DNA of 64,000 bases from Candidatus Marinacidobacterales bacterium (lineage in GTDB: Bacteria; Acidobacteriota; Vicinamibacteria; Marinacidobacterales; DATDRI01): positions 544,001-608,000 of the forward strand of contig CBDCNP010000002.1 of NCBI GenBank assembly GCA_965219415.1. The letters run 5' to 3'. A program made the translations under genes and the position numbers. The stretch's first letter is position 1. Each line of letters opens with the position of its first letter. Under the pieces are notes generated by a model. The model had not been told where the DNA came from, made no database searches, and worked only from the letters and a program-made list of their open reading frames with translations. Positions 1-10,164 of this stretch are shown here, in pieces.

Positions 1-180
1 AAAACCCTCCTCATGGCCTACAAGTTACTCGACATGGCGAGCCAACGATGGCGCCGGGTGAACGCCCCCGCACTTGTCGCTCGGATACTTGAGGGAGAGA
101 AGTTCGTCGACGGATTAAACGAAGAAGCGAGGAACGCCGCTTGACTCAGAAAGTTGATCCACAACTCTTGACAATATCTC
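1..180 (+). mobile_element. Right end of an IS256-family element (transposase C-terminus 1..144 plus terminal repeat ending ...TTGACAATATCTC)
   Basis: Frame 1 reads KTLLMAYKLLDMASQRWRRVNAPALVARILEGEKFVDG...RNAA*, resembling IS256 transposase C-termini (compare the end of 52290..53534). The sequence after 180 belongs to an interrupted gene. Confidence 0.8.
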
Positions 181-243
181 CTGGGTATCCCAGGCGCGAG
201 TCTCACGATTGACGATCTCTTCAATCTCGCTTCTGGTATTCAT
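181..243 (-). pseudogene. 5' fragment of a small gene (possibly SnoaL/NTF2-like) cut by the IS256
   Basis: Purine-rich RBS, ATG at 243, reads MNTRSEIEEIVNRETRAWDTQ and runs directly into the IS end at 180. Confidence 0.5.
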
Positions 244-470
244 GCCTTTCTTCTCTCCACAGAAGGTGGCTTCGCAGACCGCCTAGGCGTGATTGGTTTC
301 CCCACTTGCGGCGTATAAGCCTAGCAAGGTGAAGGACCTGGCAGCTCTCGAAAACCGGTGGTTGAGCGGCGGCGCTTGTCGGGAAACAATCCGAGTCGAC
401 CTGGATCACGTGATCCAACGGAGCTGCCGCCGACAACGGACCGACTCGCGCCCGATAGCCAAACTGAATT

Positions 471-528
471 CCTAATGTTTTAGTTGACACCAAGTCACCA
501 TCTAGGTATACTCTACTATGAAATTAGG
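471..528 (+). promoter_or_regulatory. Sigma70 promoter (TTGACA 484-489, N17, TATACT 507-512) flanked by two CTA-N6-TAG operator-like boxes
   Basis: Near-consensus hexamers with 17-bp spacer. CCTAATGTTTTAGT (471-484) and ACTATGAAATTAGG (515-528) are imperfect inverted copies of each other, upstream of a BlaI-family repressor. Confidence 0.7.
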
Positions 529-546
529 AGATGGTTAACAATTCTC

Positions 547-936
547 ATGGCCAGAAAGAAAGCCAGCGGACAGCTCACCCCCCTGGAGTTAGAGCTGATG
601 AAAGTGCTTTGGGAGCTGGGCCCGGCAAACGTTCAGTCCGTCCAGAGCGCTCTGGCTCCGAAAAGGAAGCTCGCATACACCACCGTGCAGACGGTGCTGA
701 ACGTGATGCACCGCAAGCGGAAGGTCAAACGGATTCTCCAGAACAGGGCGTACTTTTACTCCCCAGCCGTTAGCCGCCGCGAGGAAACGAAGTTGGTGCT
801 CGACGACATGATCGATCGACTCTTCAGCGGCTCCGCCGAAAGCCTTGTCCTGAGCCTCGTTGAGGATCGGCGCCTGTCCCGCAAGGAGTTAGATCGACTC
901 AACCGAATCGTTGACTCCTCGGAAAGTAAGTCGTGA
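547..936 (+). CDS. BlaI/MecI/CopY family transcriptional repressor
   Basis: LTPLELELMKVLW...LAYTTVQTVLNVMHRK...RAYFYSP...FSGSAESLVLSLV...ELDRL signature. Confidence 0.92.
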   Translation: MARKKASGQLTPLELELMKVLWELGPANVQSVQSALAPKRKLAYTTVQTVLNVMHRKRKVKRILQNRAYFYSPAVSRREETKLVLDDMIDRLFSGSAESLVLSLVEDRRLSRKELDRLNRIVDSSESKS

Positions 937-1057
937 ACACGGTTGGGTCGCTGCTCGTCCTGTTCTTGCTGAACGCGATGTGGCAGATTCCGCTCGTGGC
1001 GGCTGCAGCTTTGGCTTGCACCCGCGTAGCGAAACGCATGCCTTCTCGCCACCAATA
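933..1057 (+). pseudogene. N-terminal fragment of a BlaR1/M56 family peptidase
   Basis: GTG overlaps the blaI stop (GTGA). Reads MNTVGSLLVLFLLNAMWQIPLVAAAALACTRVAKRMPSRHQY, like the first TM helix of M56 proteins, then similarity ends. Confidence 0.65.
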
Positions 1058-1270
1058 CAAAGAACACCGCGTGGCTCGACAGCCATGATTGTCGGACCGG
1101 ACGGCAAGACTTACTTCGCCAGAGTCGGCCAGCTTTTCTACGACGGGACCCTTATAGCCATGGACAACGGCACGCTCACCTTTCGAATAGCGGACAAGAA
1201 TCCTTTTTCTGCTACGACCGTCCGGGAAGTTACACTAGCCATGCACCCCATGGCCAGCGATGCCAAGTGA
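1052..1270 (+). pseudogene. C-terminal fragment resembling a PilP-like beta domain
   Basis: IQRTPRGSTAMIVGPDGKTYFARVGQLFYDGTLIAMD...TLTFR resembles the PilP AxVxxPDGxxYxVxxG motif. Confidence 0.45.
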
Positions 1271-1358
1271 GATGCAGACGGGGATTAGCTCTCCGAGCAT
1301 GGCAAAGTAGCTGCAGGCGTCCGTGCCGCGGCCGCCGACTCCCTTTCGGAGTGGCGCC

Positions 1359-3272
1359 CTACTCCTTGAGCTTCTCTTCGAGAAGCTCGCCCGCGATATC
1401 CATGAAGTCCCGCTCGGTGACAATTCCAACCAGTCGACCATCCTTCACCACCGGTAGGGAGCCGATCCGGTGACTTCGCATGAGCTCGAGTGCCTCCAGA
1501 CTCGAAGTCTCCGGCGAGACGGTAACCGGGTCTTTCTTCATGATGTCCCCCACCGGGACAGGCTGCCCGCCGGTCTCGGCACGCCCTTGGGCCAATAGAT
1601 GGATGAGCGCACGATAGGAAATCAACCCCACCAACCGACTGTCATGGTCTTCCACCGGCACGTGGCGGATCCTCTCCCAGTCCATCAAGCTCGCGACCAG
1701 GTCGATGGGTTCGTCCTCGTGAACCGTAAAGAGGTCGGTGGTCATGAACTGCTCGACCTTCACGTAGTGCTGCTTCCAGCCACCCGCCTCTTCGAGCCGT
1801 GCCAGTTCCCACTTCGCGATCGGCTTCCCTTCTTTCTGACGCTCGACGGTTGCCGCGGTCAAGGCGCTCAACCTCTCTCCAGGTGTGCCGTGTTCCTTCA
1901 TTGCGGCGAGCGAAGACAAGATCCACTGTGATCCTGTCATTTTCGACTCCACTCTCTCTGCAACCACGCCGAGGTATCGATCGATATCGGCCTCAGCGAT
2001 ACTCCGCCGACCGAGGCCCTTCCGCGCCAAGGGCAGCAGCGTCTCCAGAATGAGCTCACCTGCCGGGCCGGTTTTTCCCTCCAACCAAGTCAGCTCGGCA
2101 CTAAGCCCTTGCCGGCTGGCGGCCATGAAGTTCGCGGCGGCGTCTTCGAACTCCATGACTCGCGTGATGTCTTCGTACTCCATAGAGAGGCCGCTGATCA
2201 GCCCGAACCAAAGCGCCGCATTGGCCACTTCGTCGAGCGGCGTCGGCCCCGATGGCAGGACACGGTTCTCGATCCGGAGATGTGGCTTGCCATCCGTTAT
2301 CCCGTAGCAGGCGCGGTTCCATCGATAGACCGTCCCGTTGTGCAGGCGGAGGGCCTTGAGCTCGGGGGCCTCACCCTTCTCGAGCTTGGCGAAGGGATCC
2401 TCGTCCAACTCCGTTCCCAGAATGATCTTGAACCGGGCGATGTCCTCCTTGAAAAGCTCTGCGGCGGAGCTCTTGACCCAGCTCCGGCCGAAGCTGACAC
2501 GAGGGCTACGGTCGCGCAAATGGTGGCTGGAGCTTCGCGTATCTACGGCTTGCTGGAAGAGTGCGATCCTGGTCTCGCGCCAAAGACGGCGCCCGAAGAG
2601 CAACGGTGAATTCGTAGCCGCCGCGATGACCGGAGCTGCGACCGCCTGCGCGACGTTGTACAGATTCGCGAACTCGTCTATGCCGGATTGAAAGTGAACC
2701 TGGAAGCTCGTGTTGCAGGCCTCCAGCATCACCGAATCGTGCTTGATCAGGACCTCGTCCACCCCCTTGATGCGGAACTCGTAGGCGCCACCTCGTAGCC
2801 GACTCAGAGCTCGATTGAGCGCGAAATAGCGCGGCAGCGGCGTCATGTTTTCGAGTCCCAAGTCAGATTTGCGGAGAGTTGGGAGAATGCCGGTCAAAAC
2901 GATTTCCCCGCCGCAGCGATGAGCCGCCTCCCGAGCCCTGTTGAGCATCTCGTTCAGCTGTGATTCGAGTCGCGAGAGGCAATCACCGCCGAAATCCAGT
3001 GGATCGAGATTCACTTCGAGATTGAACTTACCGAGCTCGGTCGTGAAATGGGAATCGTTGATTTCGTCGAGCACCTCGAGCGCCAAACCGGCGGGGCGCC
3101 AGCCATCGTCGACCAAGAAAAGCTCCTGTTCGGCTCCGATGCGCCGCACGTCAGACTCGATCATGCCCTCCTCGACCATGGTCTCGAACGCCCGCAGATC
3201 GTTCAGCAGGCTCCTCATAAAGAGCCGGAGCTGTTCACCGGAGATGTCGGGTTGGACTTGCTGCTCGCCCAT
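1359..3272 (-). CDS. Glutamate-cysteine ligase (GCS2-like) fused to a C-terminal CBS pair
   Basis: RIGAEQE, TELGKFNLE, NTSFQVH, NSPLLFG, HNGTVYRWNR and HLRIENR motifs; C-terminal VEQFMTTD...IRHVPV...LVGLIS and IMKKDPVTV...SLPVV..GRLVGIVTERD. Confidence 0.88.
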   Translation of the reverse strand: MGEQQVQPDISGEQLRLFMRSLLNDLRAFETMVEEGMIESDVRRIGAEQELFLVDDGWRPAGLALEVLDEINDSHFTTELGKFNLEVNLDPLDFGGDCLSRLESQLNEMLNRAREAAHRCGGEIVLTGILPTLRKSDLGLENMTPLPRYFALNRALSRLRGGAYEFRIKGVDEVLIKHDSVMLEACNTSFQVHFQSGIDEFANLYNVAQAVAAPVIAAATNSPLLFGRRLWRETRIALFQQAVDTRSSSHHLRDRSPRVSFGRSWVKSSAAELFKEDIARFKIILGTELDEDPFAKLEKGEAPELKALRLHNGTVYRWNRACYGITDGKPHLRIENRVLPSGPTPLDEVANAALWFGLISGLSMEYEDITRVMEFEDAAANFMAASRQGLSAELTWLEGKTGPAGELILETLLPLARKGLGRRSIAEADIDRYLGVVAERVESKMTGSQWILSSLAAMKEHGTPGERLSALTAATVERQKEGKPIAKWELARLEEAGGWKQHYVKVEQFMTTDLFTVHEDEPIDLVASLMDWERIRHVPVEDHDSRLVGLISYRALIHLLAQGRAETGGQPVPVGDIMKKDPVTVSPETSSLEALELMRSHRIGSLPVVKDGRLVGIVTERDFMDIAGELLEEKLKE

Positions 3273-3345
3273 GGAATCCCCCTTCGCTCAGGATTCTATG
3301 GGCAGTGAGGGATCGGAATCAAAGGGTCGCTAGTGTCACTGAGCT

Positions 3346-4618
3346 TTACGAACTGCCCGCCGCGAGGGGTAAGCGAAGCGTCGCAACACAGCCAGCCTCC
3401 GAGTCTCGGTTCTCGAGTGTGAGATTTCCGCCATGTGCTTCCGCGATCTGACGGCTGAGCACGAGACCGATGCCCGGGCCCTCTGCCTTGGTGGTAAAGA
3501 AAGGTACGAAGAGGTTCGACGTGTTGGAGAACCCGGGACCATCGTCTTCCACCCAGACCTCGAGGCTTTCTCCTTCCGCCCTCCAGCCCACCCGTACTCC
3601 ACCTTCGGTTTCTTGGGATGCGTCTACGGCGTTGTGGATCAAGTTGATGAGAAGCTGTTCGAGTTGGGAGGCATCGGCTTGGATGACGAGAGCCGGCCCC
3701 GAAGACACGCTCACTGGGAGCCGGGTCTCCAAAGTGGCCACACGCTGCACCCAAGTCCCGACGTCCAAGGGTTCGAAGGACGGATGAGGGAGTCGCGCCA
3801 GTCGCGCGTAGGCTCCCATGAACCGGCTTAGCGACTCGGATCGCTCGGCGATCACGTCCAGGACTCTTTTGGCATCTCCTTCCAGTCCGGGCGGCGTGGG
3901 CTCACGCTCGAGCAAATGGGCGAGCGTGGCGGCCATGGATTTGATCGGAGTCAGAGAATTGTTCAGCTCGTGACCGATAACCCGAATCAGGCGCTGCCAG
4001 GCTTGGCGTTCCTCTTCTCGAAGCGCCTGGCTGAGATCCGATAGCACCACCATCTGGTGAGGAAGTCCGCTCTCCCGAAAGCTGCTGCGTCGAAGCCCCC
4101 AGCGACCCGATTTACCGGGGAATGTCTTTTGTATGGTCTGCGCCGCCTCTCCTTCCAAACAATCGGATAGGCCAAGCTCTAGAGCGGTTCTTCTCAGCAG
4201 GCGCTCCGCGGATCTGGCGAGAAGCCGCTCGCCGGCGCGGTTCACCAAACTCAAGCGGTGATGTTCACCGAACGTAAAGACGGCGACCTTCGATCTCCTC
4301 CATGACCTTTCGAAGCAGCGTCGTCGCCTCGAGCGCTCCGAGACGCTGGCTGCGAAGTGTCTCCCCGAGCGCGTTGGCCTCCAACATGACTTGCCCCAGC
4401 GCCTCCTCCCGACTCGCACCGCGAGCTCGAATGGAGTAGTCCCCTTCCCGAAGCGCTGCAAGGAGATTGGACAGTGTCTGCAAAGGCAGCACAACCCGCT
4501 CCCGAAGGGCGAAACAAAACCCGAGCCAGAACCCAAGGATCAAAACGGAGAGGGTCCATTGCACCTTGGGCGTGTAGTCACCCCCCCACAACATGATCAT
4601 CGATATCAAGACCGCCGG
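3346..4618 (-). CDS. HAMP/PAS sensor histidine kinase (NtrY-like); 5' end missing, frameshift near 4290
   Basis: H-box AWQRLIRVIGHELNNSLTPI, N-box EQLLINLIHNA, DDGPG, PFFTTK, GIGL. The TM/HAMP part lies in ORF 4265..4747. Confidence 0.85.
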
Positions 4619-5685
4619 GGTGCTTTCCGCCTGTCCATAAGCCGGACGGCCTACATAAAGAATGTCGACCAGTCGCTCTAGCTCCACCGTCCCATCGACG
4701 CTCAGGTCGGGCCGCGCACCCTTCGGTAGCGGACCAATGAGCGCCACATCGACCTGAACGGTTCCCTCCTGGACGGCCGGATCGACGCGGATGACTTCTC
4801 CCTCGATCAGTCCGTTTCGGGTATCGATGGTCGCCTTTGTCCGACCTCGACGTCCTTAGCTTGCGTCTCCGCGATACGAAGCTCAGCCTTGAGCTTGTCG
4901 GGCTGAGCGACCTTGGCCAGAATCGTTCCGGGAGTCACTTGCTGTCCTTCCTCTACCGGTACTTGCTGCAGCACCCCGTCGATTCCCGCACGCACCTTCA
5001 GAGCGCGGACCTGTTCATGGCGAAGCTCGGCCAGAGCGCGGAACTGGTCGACCCTGGCGCGTCGGGCCGCCAACTGCGCGTCGCCCGACTCGCTCGCAAT
5101 CTCGAGCCTTTTCTGTTCGAGCTCGTGCCGGGTGGCGAGCTCTTTCGCACGCACCGCGGACAACTGAACGATGAGATCCCCGATCAACCCCTCCTCATGC
5201 AGCTTCTTGTCGGCTTCCGCTTGGAGCTTGGCTTGGTTGAATTCCGCCAGGACGTTGGCGGCGTCGGCTTGCTGATTCAAGAATTGACTCTGTAGCTGCA
5301 CCTTGAGATCTACGAACTCGGCCTCGGCGGCGCGCAGTTGATATTCCGAATCGAGCGCCGCTTGCTCCAACTCGGGATTACTCATTTCGAGCAGAATGGT
5401 ATCGGCCTCGACTTTGATGCCAGGTAGCATGCGGCGTTCGATCCGCCCGTCGGTCCGCGCCGAGATCCATCGAATCTCCTCCGGTACCAACGTGCCCGGT
5501 CCACGGACTTGCCGGAGCATCGAGCCCCGTTTCACGGTGTCCATGTAGACGGTCGCACGATTGACGCTGGGCGCCGCAGGCTCGAGCCGCGAAAGGGCGA
5601 CCGTGATCACCAGCAACCCGGCGCCTGTACAGATGATGCGGCGGGCCTTTTTCTTCTTGGCGACGTCTGGTCGCGGTATATCCAT
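4619..5685 (-). CDS. HlyD/RND efflux periplasmic adaptor subunit; frameshift near 4830, 3' end lost
   Basis: MDIPRP..., VKRGSMLRQVRGPGTLVPE, VRAGIDGVLQQVPVEEGQQV; continues in another frame as GARPDLSVDGTVELERL...GRPAYGQAEST. Confidence 0.85.
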
Positions 5686-5710
5686 TAATGTGCCTCCACA
5701 CCCTTATATG

Positions 5711-5837
5711 CGCAAATGGTGTGCCATTTGTTCCCTTTTTTTATCGTTCTGAAAATAAAGGACTTATTCATCGAAAACGCACAGAGCTGTATCCGCAAGT
5801 GTCCGCTTTCGGGACCGATTTTGCCCGGGAGCGGACA
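5711..5837 (-). promoter_or_regulatory. Sigma54 promoter with IHF-like site and upstream activator sites
   Basis: Minus strand TGGCAC-ACCAT-TTGCG (5726-5711); AATAAAGGACTTA (5754-5766) is 1 mismatch from the IHF consensus; inverted repeat TGTCCGCT (5800-5807) / AGCGGACA (5830-5837). Confidence 0.75.
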
Positions 5838-5951
5838 TTCTACAACGACTCCCTCTCCCTCCGCCTTCGCGTGAAGCTTCGGCGGACCCGGCCGAAGTCA
5901 TCGGAACGGAGGCAGACGGAGGCGGGCAGGGAGAAGGGGTCTGCTGCATTC

Positions 5952-7688
5952 TCAGTCAGAAGTCTTGGACTGGGCTCCGGCCGCGATTTGGTAAAGAAGC
6001 TCCTCCCGCACCAGCGCGAAGGGCAACGTCCCAATCTTGAGAACCCGATCGTGAAAATCCTTCAAGGTCCCCTTGCGGCCCATGAGGTACATTTGCGCGA
6101 AGTACTCGTCGCGCAGCTGCATGAGCTGGTGGTATCCCCACGTCGCGATGCCGGTTCGAGCGTAGCCGTGTGTGGCTCCTTGAACCTGCAGGAAGGAGTA
6201 CGGCTCGGCGAACATCACGTCGCTGGTCATCAAGTTGACTCCCTCCTCCACGCTCACGTACCCCAGGTGCATCCCGGCGTCATAGATGACGCGCGCGTAG
6301 CGCCATAGCTTGAGCCGTTCCATTTCGACACGGTACTCGTCGTGTTTGTCGGGTGGATAGAACCCGTAGTCCGGCGTCAACACCCACTCCACGTAGTAGC
6401 ACCAAGCCTGATTGCTATACGCGCTCTCATAGGTTCGAAGCCTGCGCGGGTTGTGATTGTTGTACAACGCCACCAGCCCGTGACCAGGATAGACTTCGTG
6501 CGGCATCAGGGCGGTGATGAAGGCATAATTATGGGACCTCAAAAATCTTTCTTTCTCCTCGGGGCTCCACCGCGGATCCATCGGCGCTAACATGACCGCC
6601 CCGGGGAACTTCGAGCCGGCCGCACGTGGCGCACCGCCGAACCCCGTGAACGTCAGCTTGTTGTAGTACGCCGGCGAATAGATGGCTCCCGCCGCGTTCT
6701 CGGTGTCCCACGGCATGGACATCAGAACGTTCTCGATGAGCCACGGACGATCCCGTCGAACCTGGACGAGGAAATCATTGAGCATCGATTCCTCGGTGGG
6801 GTGGTCACTTTGTAGATCGGTCTCGATCTGACGCCAGCTTCGCCCGCCCGCGACCTTGGCAGCGGTCTGGTCCAGGACACGAAGCTGTTCCTCGAATTGA
6901 CTCCGTCCCCATTGGTAAAAGGACTCCGCGTCTAGATCCGCGACGTGGTAGAAGTCGCGTAGGCGCGCATCGAATATTTCTTGTCCGACTCTCCATTCAC
7001 CTTCTGGTTTCTGCGGCAGATCGGAATCCAAGAAATCCCCGAAGCCACGGAGCGCGGCCAACACTTTCTCGTTCTCCACCAGCAATTCCACGCGTTGGTC
7101 CGGCACCCGATCCGCGAATCGAGGGACATCAACCTCGAAGGTCTCGATGGCACCCTCCAGCAATCCCTTGGCCGGATCGAGCCACAGCGGAATGAAGACT
7201 TTCAAATTGATCTTGGCGTTTTCGAGCCGTGCGGGAATGGTCTTCATGACGGCAAGAACGGTGGCGGCCCGATCTGTCACCGGGCGGTTCTCGAGATAGA
7301 GGAGGCCGCCTCGAGCGGAGACGATGGGCTCGATCCGCAAATAGAGGGTGGGATCCTTTTCCCAATACTTGACCTTCTCCCCATCCATGACCTTGGTTTT
7401 CAAGATCCCCTCTAGATAGCGGTAGTCGATGTCCTGCTGGAAGCTCAGTGCCTCACGATCGGTCGCGTGAAGCTCATCGAGAAGTCCGCGCGCCGTGTCG
7501 AGCCGGTTTTGGTAGTACGCCGCGCTACCATCGTTCACAGCGGTTGTCCCAGTACCGACGTCGTGGAATTCGGCCAGGTACTCGTCGATGAGTGATTCGA
7601 AGGCCGGGTCCAACTTCTGTGATGAAGCGATGAATGGGCTGCCGGCAAGCAACCCCAACACCAACACGAACAGCCCTGTGAGTCTCAT
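5952..7688 (-). CDS. DUF885 family secreted protein (putative metallopeptidase)
   Basis: Signal peptide MRLTGLFVLVLGLLAG; HEVYPGH motif; AWCYYVE; LWRYARVIYDAGMH; LKDFHDRVLKIGTLP. Confidence 0.85.
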   Translation of the reverse strand: MRLTGLFVLVLGLLAGSPFIASSQKLDPAFESLIDEYLAEFHDVGTGTTAVNDGSAAYYQNRLDTARGLLDELHATDREALSFQQDIDYRYLEGILKTKVMDGEKVKYWEKDPTLYLRIEPIVSARGGLLYLENRPVTDRAATVLAVMKTIPARLENAKINLKVFIPLWLDPAKGLLEGAIETFEVDVPRFADRVPDQRVELLVENEKVLAALRGFGDFLDSDLPQKPEGEWRVGQEIFDARLRDFYHVADLDAESFYQWGRSQFEEQLRVLDQTAAKVAGGRSWRQIETDLQSDHPTEESMLNDFLVQVRRDRPWLIENVLMSMPWDTENAAGAIYSPAYYNKLTFTGFGGAPRAAGSKFPGAVMLAPMDPRWSPEEKERFLRSHNYAFITALMPHEVYPGHGLVALYNNHNPRRLRTYESAYSNQAWCYYVEWVLTPDYGFYPPDKHDEYRVEMERLKLWRYARVIYDAGMHLGYVSVEEGVNLMTSDVMFAEPYSFLQVQGATHGYARTGIATWGYHQLMQLRDEYFAQMYLMGRKGTLKDFHDRVLKIGTLPFALVREELLYQIAAGAQSKTSD

Positions 7689-7705
7689 AGTGGCTCCCAC
7701 GCGGT

Positions 7706-8140
7706 CTAGGCCGCGCTGACCCTCGTCTCCAATTTGACTGGCGTCTTCATGGATTTGGATATCAGACAATTCTGCTCGGCCTTGTGGAGCAGCCGTTCGG
7801 CCCTTTCGGTATCGGACGCCTTGACCACAGTCAAATCCACTTCTATCACGATGCCCGTGAAAATCCACCCCTGCCCCTCAAGCCGCTCGACGGTTCCCTT
7901 CGCCGTCGAGCGCCAGCCAGAAACCTCCAGTTGGGATATACGCGCCATGGCTACAAAGGTCCACAAAATACAGGTATTCGCCGACGAGAGGAACTGGTGC
8001 TCGGGACTCCAGTTGCCACCAGGTCCTCCGAACTCTAGCGGCGGAGCCGTCGTCAGGGTCGGCAGCCCCGGGGATTCGGCCCGACCGCCCTGTGCATCAG
8101 TCCAGCTAGCCGAGGTGTGATACTCGTGCCTTTTCTGCAT
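7706..8140 (-). CDS. OsmC family protein
   Basis: PLEFGGPGGNWSPEHQFLSSANTC...AEQNCLISKS with the two conserved Cys. Confidence 0.88.
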   Translation of the reverse strand: MQKRHEYHTSASWTDAQGGRAESPGLPTLTTAPPLEFGGPGGNWSPEHQFLSSANTCILWTFVAMARISQLEVSGWRSTAKGTVERLEGQGWIFTGIVIEVDLTVVKASDTERAERLLHKAEQNCLISKSMKTPVKLETRVSAA

Positions 8141-8176
8141 CTTAGGAACTCCGGAGTGGGTGCTGGCTTACGTTGC

Positions 8177-10093
8177 TCATTCTTGAACCAGTGAATCCTC
8201 GGGAAGCAGGCTCCTTCCCGGCAAGTGCGCCGGAATCGACAATCCCAGCATGTGGAGCACTGTCGGAACGATATCGATGGCGCGCACGCGAGACCATTTG
8301 CTTCCCGCCGGAACTCTCGGACCCCAGGCCGCGCAAACTGCCAGCATATCTCGGCGGGTCGGCAGAAAAATATGGTTCCCTTCCGGAGCCTTCCGTGTCA
8401 GCACTTCGTCCTTGCCGGTGCGATCCGAAAAATGATACCCGCGTGCCAGGTCAAGAAAGAGGTCGCCAGTATTCTTGCCGCCGGGCTGGAGGAGCCCTCG
8501 GGTTGCCGGTTCGAAGAACGCGGTCACGACTCTCTCGCCGCTCAACGGGTCCTCGACCGCACCGAGCGCCTTGCGCACCCGCGCCAGCACTCGAGGCTTC
8601 TCCTCGAGCGGCACGATCCCACCCTTTCTGTCGATGGTATTCACCGCCACGGAGGTGTCGGTGGTCGGCAAGAGAAGCGCCTCGGTTCGCGCGAGATCGA
8701 TGGATCGATCGGAGTTGAGGGCGAGTAGGCCGGCGTGGGCAAGAGCGATGTTCACGTTGAAGTTCTGATTGGTGCCCGCCATGCCGTGATCGGCAACGAC
8801 CACCACATGTACTCCGTCGCGGGAAGCGTAGTCCATCATCGCGCCCAAGAGATGGTCCTGCAGCTCGAAGGCCGCCACGAGCGTTGGCCACACTTTCTCG
8901 GCCAGGGCGGCATCGAAACCCGGCATCGCAGGATCCACATAACCGACCGACGCATGCGCCAGCTCATCGGTAACGGGTGAGTACATGATAACGAGTCGGT
9001 AGTCTCCTTCATCCAGAACACGGACCACCTGCCTCCGAATTTGCTCGTTGAGATGGGCCTCCGTATCCAGTAGCCGCTCCTCTGCAGAACCGTCGCCGCC
9101 CTTCATTAACGTCCTTCCCAGTCGACCGGTTTTGTACAGACGGTCTCCAGCGTTTCCAGCGAAGGCCTCGATCTCCGTTTCACCTATTCCCGGAAATGCG
9201 TTCGAGGAGCTGAGAATCGCCTCGGCACTGCTTCGGTAAATCATGAAACGAGACGCCGTCTCATCGAGATCGAACACTCGGAGTGAAAACCAAAGCTCCT
9301 CGCCTTGCAGCGTCGTCGCGATGGGCGAGGAAAAGGATTCGTCTCTTCCCGGTTTGACTCGCGCTAAAAATTGGCCGGCTTGCTTATTGGCGCAGATGCC
9401 TAGGGTGTCGCAACCCACTGCTGGATCAAACGGATCGTCAAAGAAAAGCGCCCAAAAGGATCGATCGCCCACCCTCAGGACGAACTCTCGTGCCTCGGCC
9501 CCCTCAGCTTCCGCAATCGCCCATCCCCACGCCGGCGCAAGTGTGACGCGCCGATCGGTGAGGACGTCCGCGGTGATGCGTTGTCCCGAGTAGCCATAAA
9601 GCAATCCCAGGTTCTCGGCTTCTTCGGAACGCAACCGACCGAGGCTGTCGGCGAACGGATAGGACTGCGTTGCGTGGAAGACGTAGGTCATCAAACCCGC
9701 CCGCGCCGTCATCACCCAGATCGGATCGGCCCGTAGCGGAGGTGAGAAAAACCCTGATTCTTTTTCCAGTCGCGTGTGCTCGCTTGGCGGCTCCAGGAGA
9801 AGCGAGTTCCCGGTGATGCCGCTGGCGTGTCCATAGACACCGGTCCAAAACGTAGCGTTTGCGGCCGCGGTCTTGGTGGGGTAGGTGGTGATCATGCCGT
9901 CCGACCAAGCCCCCTCACGCACTACCCTTTGTAGATGGGGCAACCTACCCTCCGCCAGGATCCGAGACGCGACCCAGTGCGCCGCTCCATCCCAGATAAA
10001 GAAGATGACCCGGGGAGGCGGGCTCCAACTGAAGGCAAGCGAGGTGGCAAAGAAGAAAATCGCAAGAGGTGTCACCGCCTTGAGTCTGCGCAC
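8177..10093 (-). CDS. Alkaline phosphatase superfamily nucleotide pyrophosphatase/phosphodiesterase
   Basis: Signal peptide; IWDGA, PTKTAAANATFWTG, DELAH, ADHGM, GNH, DIVPTVL. Confidence 0.85.
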   Translation of the reverse strand: MRRLKAVTPLAIFFFATSLAFSWSPPPRVIFFIWDGAAHWVASRILAEGRLPHLQRVVREGAWSDGMITTYPTKTAAANATFWTGVYGHASGITGNSLLLEPPSEHTRLEKESGFFSPPLRADPIWVMTARAGLMTYVFHATQSYPFADSLGRLRSEEAENLGLLYGYSGQRITADVLTDRRVTLAPAWGWAIAEAEGAEAREFVLRVGDRSFWALFFDDPFDPAVGCDTLGICANKQAGQFLARVKPGRDESFSSPIATTLQGEELWFSLRVFDLDETASRFMIYRSSAEAILSSSNAFPGIGETEIEAFAGNAGDRLYKTGRLGRTLMKGGDGSAEERLLDTEAHLNEQIRRQVVRVLDEGDYRLVIMYSPVTDELAHASVGYVDPAMPGFDAALAEKVWPTLVAAFELQDHLLGAMMDYASRDGVHVVVVADHGMAGTNQNFNVNIALAHAGLLALNSDRSIDLARTEALLLPTTDTSVAVNTIDRKGGIVPLEEKPRVLARVRKALGAVEDPLSGERVVTAFFEPATRGLLQPGGKNTGDLFLDLARGYHFSDRTGKDEVLTRKAPEGNHIFLPTRRDMLAVCAAWGPRVPAGSKWSRVRAIDIVPTVLHMLGLSIPAHLPGRSLLPEDSLVQE

Positions 10094-10164
10094 AGATGGA
10101 TTCTAACACTGCGCTGGGAGAATTCGTGGCGAGCGTATATATTGCGCCGACGGAGAAATCATCG

